Assembly (NCBI GenBank): GCA_951406725.2
Contig: OX597818.1
Location: 76,260,001-76,324,000, forward strand
Reading direction: 5' to 3'
Source: Octopus vulgaris
Lineage: Eukaryota
Length of the DNA stretch: 64,000 nucleotides
Both the position numbers and the translations under genes were made by a program. Numbering within the stretch: position 1 is the stretch's first letter; the number at the start of each line of letters is the position of its first letter. Below the pieces are notes generated by a model. That model was given only the letters and a program-made list of their open reading frames with translations, had not been told where the DNA came from and did not search any database. Shown piece after piece: positions 57,335 through 64,000 of the stretch.

Positions 57335-57695
57335 TCTTTCAGTTTCCACTATCAAATCCACTCACAAGGTTTTGGTTGACCCGAGGCTATGCTAGAAGAT
57401 ACTTGCCCATGATGCAACGCAGTGGGACTGAATCCGGGACTATGTGGTAGAGAAATAACTTCTTTTTTTTCTTTGTTGCCCACAAGGGGCTAACCAGAGA
57501 GGGGACAAACAAGGACAAAGGGATTAAGTCGATTACAGCGACCCCAGTGCGTCACTGGTACTTAATTTGAAAGGCAAAGTCGACCTCGGCGGAATTTGAA
57601 CTCAGAACGTAGCGGCAGACGAAATATCGCTAAGCATTTCGCCCGGCGTACTAACGTTTCTGCCAGCTCGCCGCCTTCTTACTACACAGCTACAT
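57335..57695 (-). mobile_element. Family-A SINE with a family-B SINE (~57465-57675) nested in its head
   Basis: Family-A sequence stops at ...AACTTCTT and resumes as CTTCTTACTACACAGCTAC after a full family-B copy. Confidence 0.8.
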
Positions 57696-57860
57696 CATAG
57701 AGATTCTACATTAAAATCTGGATTTGTCGGACCTGATTTACTCTCTCCGAGATCGATAAATTTGTTCCCAATCGTATACATACATACATACATACATACA
57801 TACATACATACATACATACATACATACATACATACGTACATACATACATACATACATACA

Positions 57861-58390
57861 AAAAGAGAACACCTATGCTGAACTACTGAGAAAGCTGCAC
57901 TTACTCTATCCAGGTTACAAGTTCAGGTTTATACCTGTAATTATTGGGTCCCTGGGATTTGTAACACACTGCCTAAATACCAATCTTGAGAAGTTAGGTT
58001 TCTCAAAATCAGAAAAGAGAAAGCTATTTCGAAGACTACAGATCCAATCCAACACTGGAACTGTAAATATCTGTAAAACTTTCCAGAAGTTTATCATATA
58101 AATATATATGAGCATGTTTAGATTTGTAACTATATGCATGAGAATGCATACATAAAACAAACAAATCTGCACATACATACATACATACATGCATGCATGC
58201 ATACATACATAAATACATACATACATGCATACATACATGCATACATACATACATACATACATACAAACAAACAAACAAACAAAAATACCCTGTTTCTGAT
58301 GCTGAAATTCCAATGAAGGAACCTTGGATCTAGGTTAGAAACCGGTTCATTCTCTATTGGCTAGAAATCTTGAAATAAACTGAATAATGA
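57861..58390 (+). mobile_element. 3' fragment of an RLE-type non-LTR element embedded in (TACA)n/(CA)n
   Basis: Reads [32 protein letters not shown]....L...LEKLG...KTFQKFII*, an RLE C-terminal K..Y...PVIIG.LG motif. A TACA-rich 3' UTR follows. Confidence 0.7.
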
Positions 58391-58393
58391 CAT

Positions 58394-58442
<49 letters not shown>

Positions 58443-59239
58443 TATATATGTATGTATATACATACATATATATGTATGTATATACATACAGACATACATA
58501 CATAATAGATATATATAAATACATACATATATATAAACACACACGTATATATAATATATATATATATATGGCGGTGCCCCAGCATGGCCACAGCTCATAA
58601 GCTGAAACTAGAATCAATCAATCAATCATACATGCATGCATACGCACACATATATGAACATATGTATGTACGTATGTATGTATGCATGTATGTATATATG
58701 TATGTATGTATTCTTGATTGGATGGATGGATGTGTGCGAATCTTTGTGTTTCTTATTGTCCTTTCGCCAATTGACAACAGGTATTGGTTAGTTTACGTCT
58801 CCATGACTATAACTTGGCGGTTCGACAATAATAACTGTTACAGTAAGTATTGGGCCTAAAATAAATAAGGACTGAGGTGAATCGTTCGACTAAAGGAATC
58901 CTTTAAAGCAGTGCCCCAACATGACCATGGTCCAGCGATTGAAATAAGTAAAAGATAAAAGATAATAATAACCAGTATAAATGCTGGTTTGTTGGTTGGT
59001 TTGTTGATTGATGTCTCCGGTCACGTTCTACATCGTAGAGAGAGATGGGTGGAGGAGTAAACGAGAGATACAAACACAGCTAACACAAGCAGTGCAGAAT
59101 AAGTGTCTTATAAATTTCCATAAAATAGACAAGTTTTTAAATGAAATTTTGCAGACATAGGTTTTCGATAGAGCAGATATTGTTATTCCATACATACAAA
59201 CGAATAATTTGTTGTATTTGATATTATTCAAAGGTAATA

Positions 59240-60185
59240 AATATGTGGTGAGAGGTTTGCTTTTCAACTACGTGGTTCCAGTTTCAGTTCCACTGCGTGG
59301 CAACTTGGACAAGTGTCTTCTATTAAAGCCTTGGGCCGACCAAAGCCTAGTGAGTGGATTTGGTAGACGGAAACTAAAAGAAACCTGTCGTAAACATATA
59401 TACAGGGTGCAGTGGATAAAGTGTGACCATTTTATATTTTAATTTCACGCATGCGCATTGTTTGTTTTTGATTTTGTCGACTACACAGTATAGTAAAGTC
59501 AGTTGGGAACCGTCTGTGAGAAAAACAGCACCATGACGCAATTCACTCAGCCAGAAATTTGGAAACGACATACTGTACTGCTTGGTATTCGTGCCGGGAG
59601 CTCCAGTACGAACGTTTCAGAGTGTTTGGGTGTCAATCTGAGGACAGTGCAATCTAAAGACATGTACCGAGAGTGATCAAAATCAAGCATCCAGTCAACA
59701 TCATGGTGTTTGGAGTGATCACTAGTGATGGCGACTTTATGCCACCATTCGTCTTCCCACACGACCTCAGACTCAATACTGAGGCCTACATCAAGTGCCT
59801 GGAGGAGGTAGTGCTGTCCTGGGTCAAGAGGGTGGCTGCTGGAACACCCTATGTCTGGCAACCGGAATCTGGACCATGCCACGCAAGCAGGAGAACCCAG
59901 TTATGGTTGTCAGACAATTTTTGCAACCACATCACCCCTGGCCACCTAACTCCCCAGACAGCAACCCCCTTGATTATTATGTGTGGGGCGCAATTGAGTG
60001 AGAGACCAACAAAACTCCCTGTAACACCAAAGATAACAAGCGGTTCGGCAATCGGTTCCGACAGAATTAGTAGCAGGCTTTAAAAGAAATAAGTATTGGG
60101 GTCGATTCATTCGACCAAAACTTGCTCAAAGAGATGTCCCAGGATGGCCGCAGTCTAACAACTGAAACAAGTAAAAGGTAAAAGA
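59240..60185 (+). mobile_element. Family-A SINE split by a mariner-like insertion
   Basis: The 5' half (59240-59395) and 3' half (~60037-60185) lie on either side of the transposon. Confidence 0.7.
59403..60030 (+). mobile_element. Deleted Tc1/mariner (maT/DD37D-like) transposon
   Basis: TA-CAGGGTG terminus. KHP..IMVFGVI..DG..MPP..F....RLN...YI..L and WPPNSPDSNPLDYYVW are present; the right end is missing. Confidence 0.88.
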
Positions 60186-61274
60186 TTTTTATTTTGAAAT
60201 TTAGTATTTTTTTCGTCATTTTGTATTTTATCTCAGACATTAGATAAAATGCATAATTTTTCATTATTGTGTATATGCCATACTTCCTGGTATTACTTGT
60301 GGTGGCAAAAGTTACTCGTCATATGACGATTGACATTCTAATATAGAGAAATAGATCTAAAATGCGTAGGTATTTCGTCCAACTTTTTTCCATTTATGAA
60401 TACAGGGTAAGGAGGATAGGAATGAAATTATGGAAATCAATAGGGTTAATTCCTAAATAATCGATAAAAGAATGATGACGAGTAAAAACGAGGAATATGA
60501 AAGAAAACAGATAAAATAATGAAAATTATTTTACATATAAAGTATATGCAAAACTTTAGATATAAAAACAGGCAACCATATATATTGTAAAATATATATG
60601 TTTTGTTGTATCCACAAAAATTATAACCATTTTATCGGTGAAGATAAGAATGTTTTAGAACTTAAAAACGGCAAAGAAAATGCGATTTTCCTATCTGAAA
60701 GTAATAAAAGAAGGTTAGCTTCAAGAAATCCAATAAAGAACTGTGATATAGAGAAGAGAAAATTGGGAGAAAGAGAGAAGAAAATATAATTGATTATGTT
60801 ATGTTATTCCGACACATAACAGTTGAAGTGAAGAATGTATAAAATATTATAGTTAAAATTTGTGAATTGAAAATGTTGGAGGATAACAGGCAATAAAGAA
60901 AGAGTTCAATTTGGAAAATAAGAGTTTAAGTGTTAGTTAACCATAAGCAGGACTTAGACCGGATTACATTTTAACCAATGATTTAAGCCATTACAAATAG
61001 TTAGAAAAAGAAAAACTTATTTCCACTTTGAACAAGTATGTAGAGAGATACAGTTGACAGAGTCAATCGGACTAAGATCTTTCTCTTTCTCTCTCTCTCT
61101 CTCTCTCCTTTTCTTCTCCTGCTCTCTGTTCACACAGGCACACACATACTTACACTTACATACAAATATACAGATACGTACACACATACACACGCACGGA
61201 TATGTCAAATAAGAATGATTGAAAAACATTTCAATTCAATAAGAACGCAATAGCGCATAGAAATACTGTCTCGA

Positions 61275-62517
61275 CAGGGTCTTGCAGATAAATTGAGACA
61301 ATTTTTACGATGCATAATACTGGTTATAAATACTAAAATAATGGTAGTAGACAGATATAATTTTAATGTAACATTTATAACGATAGGAACATTTATCACT
61401 CAGTATAGCCGCGCTTTTGGGCAATTACTACCTCCGCATGAGAACGAAACTTTTTTGCAGCTGCCGCAACCTCCACCTTTTTGATTTTGCACCTCGCACG
61501 CACCGTGCAGCTCATCAAACTGTTGACACTCGAGTGTGGTGAAGCATTGGTCCTTGCTTGAAGTATACTCCATAAAAAGTAATCGAGAAGGTTCAAATCT
61601 AGGCTATTACTGGGCCAGATGTTGGCCCTCACAAAAAAATGACACCTTCCAACCAAGAAAAGCCTGTGTTGCTTTTGATCCATGGCATGGTGCAGAATCC
61701 TAGATAAGTACCACATTGTCAAGCCCAAACTCCATCCAAGGTAATAGAGAGTTCTTCAGAATGTCCAGATACTCCTTTGTGCTGATCTTCAAGCTAGATT
61801 CAATGAAGTGTGGATTCATGACACTTTCATCCCTCGCCATGTCTCCAAATACCTTCAGAGTATTTCTTAGTCTCAAACACAGGGGAGACGTCAGAAGAGT
61901 TGTATGCAATCACTCGAGAAGTTCTACGATACACCTCAGCGTCCACAGTGAAATTCTTGTCCACAAAAGCGAGCGTTTTTCCTGTATTTTGATGCTTGAG
62001 GAATGACAAGCTTTGGGCATCTATTTTGGGCTCTGATTGCTTTGGCCTTGACTGTTAGGAGGTGACGGCGTCGTTGAACATAGCTAGTCATGTCAAGTTT
62101 CCTATTCACAGCTCCGGACACCGTAGAAAGGGACACATGACAAAAGTTGTCATGGATGTGAATGGGTTGGCTTCAATCGAGCTTTTGAGGTCAGCAAAAA
62201 ACTTTGGATTTTGCATAGAATCACTTCGTGTCTTGTGTTCTCTTCTATCAATCTTTTCCTCTTTAAATTCTTTATACACACGATAAACTGTTGCTTTTGA
62301 AAGTTTCGTCAATTTAAGAATCTTATTGGCAATGTACCCAGCGCGCGCAAAAACAACAATGGTGGAACGATTATGCTATCCCATACTTTCTGTTGTCGAA
62401 TCTGTTCACTATTTATCTGAAAAATAAAGAGGAGGATTAGATTTTCAAGCAAGGTTTTGTGAAAAAATGAAATGCTCAACTGATTAAAATTGATCTCAAT
62501 GTATCTGCAAAACCCCG
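61275..62517 (-). mobile_element. Near full-length decayed Tc1/mariner (maT-like) transposon with both TIRs
   Basis: TIRs are CAGGGTCTTGCAGATAAATTGAGA and the reverse complement CGGGGTTTTGCAGATACATTGAGA. Fragments KLSKATVYRV, FVDKNFTVD and WPSNSLDLNLLDYFLW are frameshifted. Confidence 0.88.
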
Positions 62518-63009
62518 TATAGGCGAACTGGCCGAGTCGTTAGAGCATTGGATAGATTGCCATGTATTAATCGTTCTGGTTGTTTGGGCTTAGAGTTCAA
62601 TTCTCGCCAAGCTCAGTTCTGTCCTTCATCCTTTTGAGATCGATAAAATGGTTTCGTACTGGGGTATATTCTTCTCATTTTGCCTGTCTATTTATGTTGC
62701 TGGGAGAAATCTGCCCTGATTAGAACTAGAGAGGGATGGCTTCGCTAGATCAAGAGTGCCCAAGTTATGCTCGTGTGTCCCAACTATTTCCATGACTACA
62801 TCAAGGAGTGGGAGCAAAGCATGGTAATTGTTTCTAACACAATGTATGTGTAATTAAAAAGAATAAATGAGATAACATATCGGACCTTCCATGTATGACT
62901 GGGGTTAAGACGTTCGATTCGCAACTTCATGGTTTGGAGTTCAATACTCTTGTGTGACACCCTAAAGCAAGATCTTTTGCCATAGCCTCCGCTGTGAGAC
63001 GGAAGTGCG

Positions 63010-63330
63010 TTCAACGGGTTCCTTCCAAAGGGTGTCGTGCGAGACAGTGTTGGGTGGAGCGTTTGAAAATCTCCAATTTCCATGATGACGTCTGGTGGAA
63101 GTGAGCTGGCGATATGTGCCATCCGGATTGTATCACTGATGATCCACTTCGCAATGAACTGTGTGCTTCAATATGTGCGAACCAAAAGTAAGTTCGTGCG
63201 CCTACGATGGTCGTAACTTTAAGGTAATCGCTGAGTAGCCGCCATATCTGCAGATGAAGAAGGCTTTGATGCTTCGTGCATTGGGTGAGACATAGATAGG
63301 TCGGAGTACTTGTAGAAAGTTTTATTGTTG
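63010..63330 (-). mobile_element. Gypsy gag-like relic
   Basis: FWFAHIEAH followed in another frame by HIASSLPPDVIMEIGD, resembling the WF..IEA.F...HV...LP..V...V.D gag N-terminus. Confidence 0.55.
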
Positions 63331-64000
63331 TGCAGATTGCATGATTCACCAAGGTTGCTTGATGTGACTTGTGAGGTGTAACAAGTTGATAATTCCTGGA
63401 TGTATTGATAAAATTGATGGAAGACGGTCTATACTTATCACAGATATTTGTACATACCCTCGGCAACATCATTTGTGATACAGTTTGTCTCATTTTCTTT
63501 TGTTTTCTCTATAACCTACACAAAAACAAATAGTGTTGAACTTTTAGTATAAATATTAGTATGATAATATTGCATTTTGGATAATCGTCATTTCATGTAG
63601 TCTTAGCTCGATCCATACCTTGTGAGTAAAATTGGGTAGATGGAAATTGTGCGGAAGTCGTAGGGTAGGTTGTAGATGTAACTGCAATGGTACACCCTTG
63701 TCACACAATCTATGTTTTGCGGATTCTGTCCAGAAATCACGGCAAGAATATACATTTCCGTAGAATACTCAGCCACAGTGAACAATCAATTCGGTTGATC
63801 GAACAACTGAATCTTCATCGTCGAAACCGATGGAAATCCTTTCAAGGCTTTACTTAATTAACATGTAGGAATTTAGCCAAAGCTTGGTAGTCATTGTCAA
63901 ATAATATACCATCATATTTTACACCACCATCAAAAAAGTATTTTTTTCTTCTTCTGAAGTTGAAAAAAAAAAAAGAAGAAAAATCTACGGAGGCGTGAAA

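Noticed and set aside
58308-58350. Hammerhead look-alike CCAATGA-AGG-stem-AGAAACCGGTT
   Set aside because: The core lacks the essential G5 and the spacing around stem II is non-canonical; kept only as a hairpin.

Overview
AT-rich eukaryotic (animal) DNA made almost entirely of microsatellites ((TA)n, (CA)n, (TACA)n, (TATC)n, (AAT)n) and decayed transposable elements. I can support no host protein-coding gene, rRNA, bona fide tRNA or CRISPR array. Most long ORFs in the supplied track are translations of microsatellites. The repeat spectrum resembles an octopus/coleoid cephalopod genome (inference, not verified). Recognisable elements: an RT-less Ty3/gypsy element with LTR and PBS; CR1-like, RTE-like, HERO-like, CRE-like and several Dong/R4-like non-LTR retroelements; an internally deleted Penelope-like element (PLE); Tc1/mariner, hAT, possible piggyBac-type and Helitron relics; and at least four tRNA-derived SINE families. 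The most interesting signals are four. (1) A shared minimal hammerhead-ribozyme architecture occurs both in the PLE terminal repeats and in a 2-kb non-coding insert in a (TA)n tract, whose empty site survives in a neighbouring inverted duplicate. (2) The PLE 3' end holds a tRNA-like Pol III module upstream of its hammerhead. (3) A co-oriented stack of Dong-like elements plus a non-coding passenger sits in one (AAT)n tract. (4) A near-perfect multi-kb fold-back duplication spans 1.8-7.4 kb. Coordinates were read by eye, so boundaries of decayed elements are approximate.
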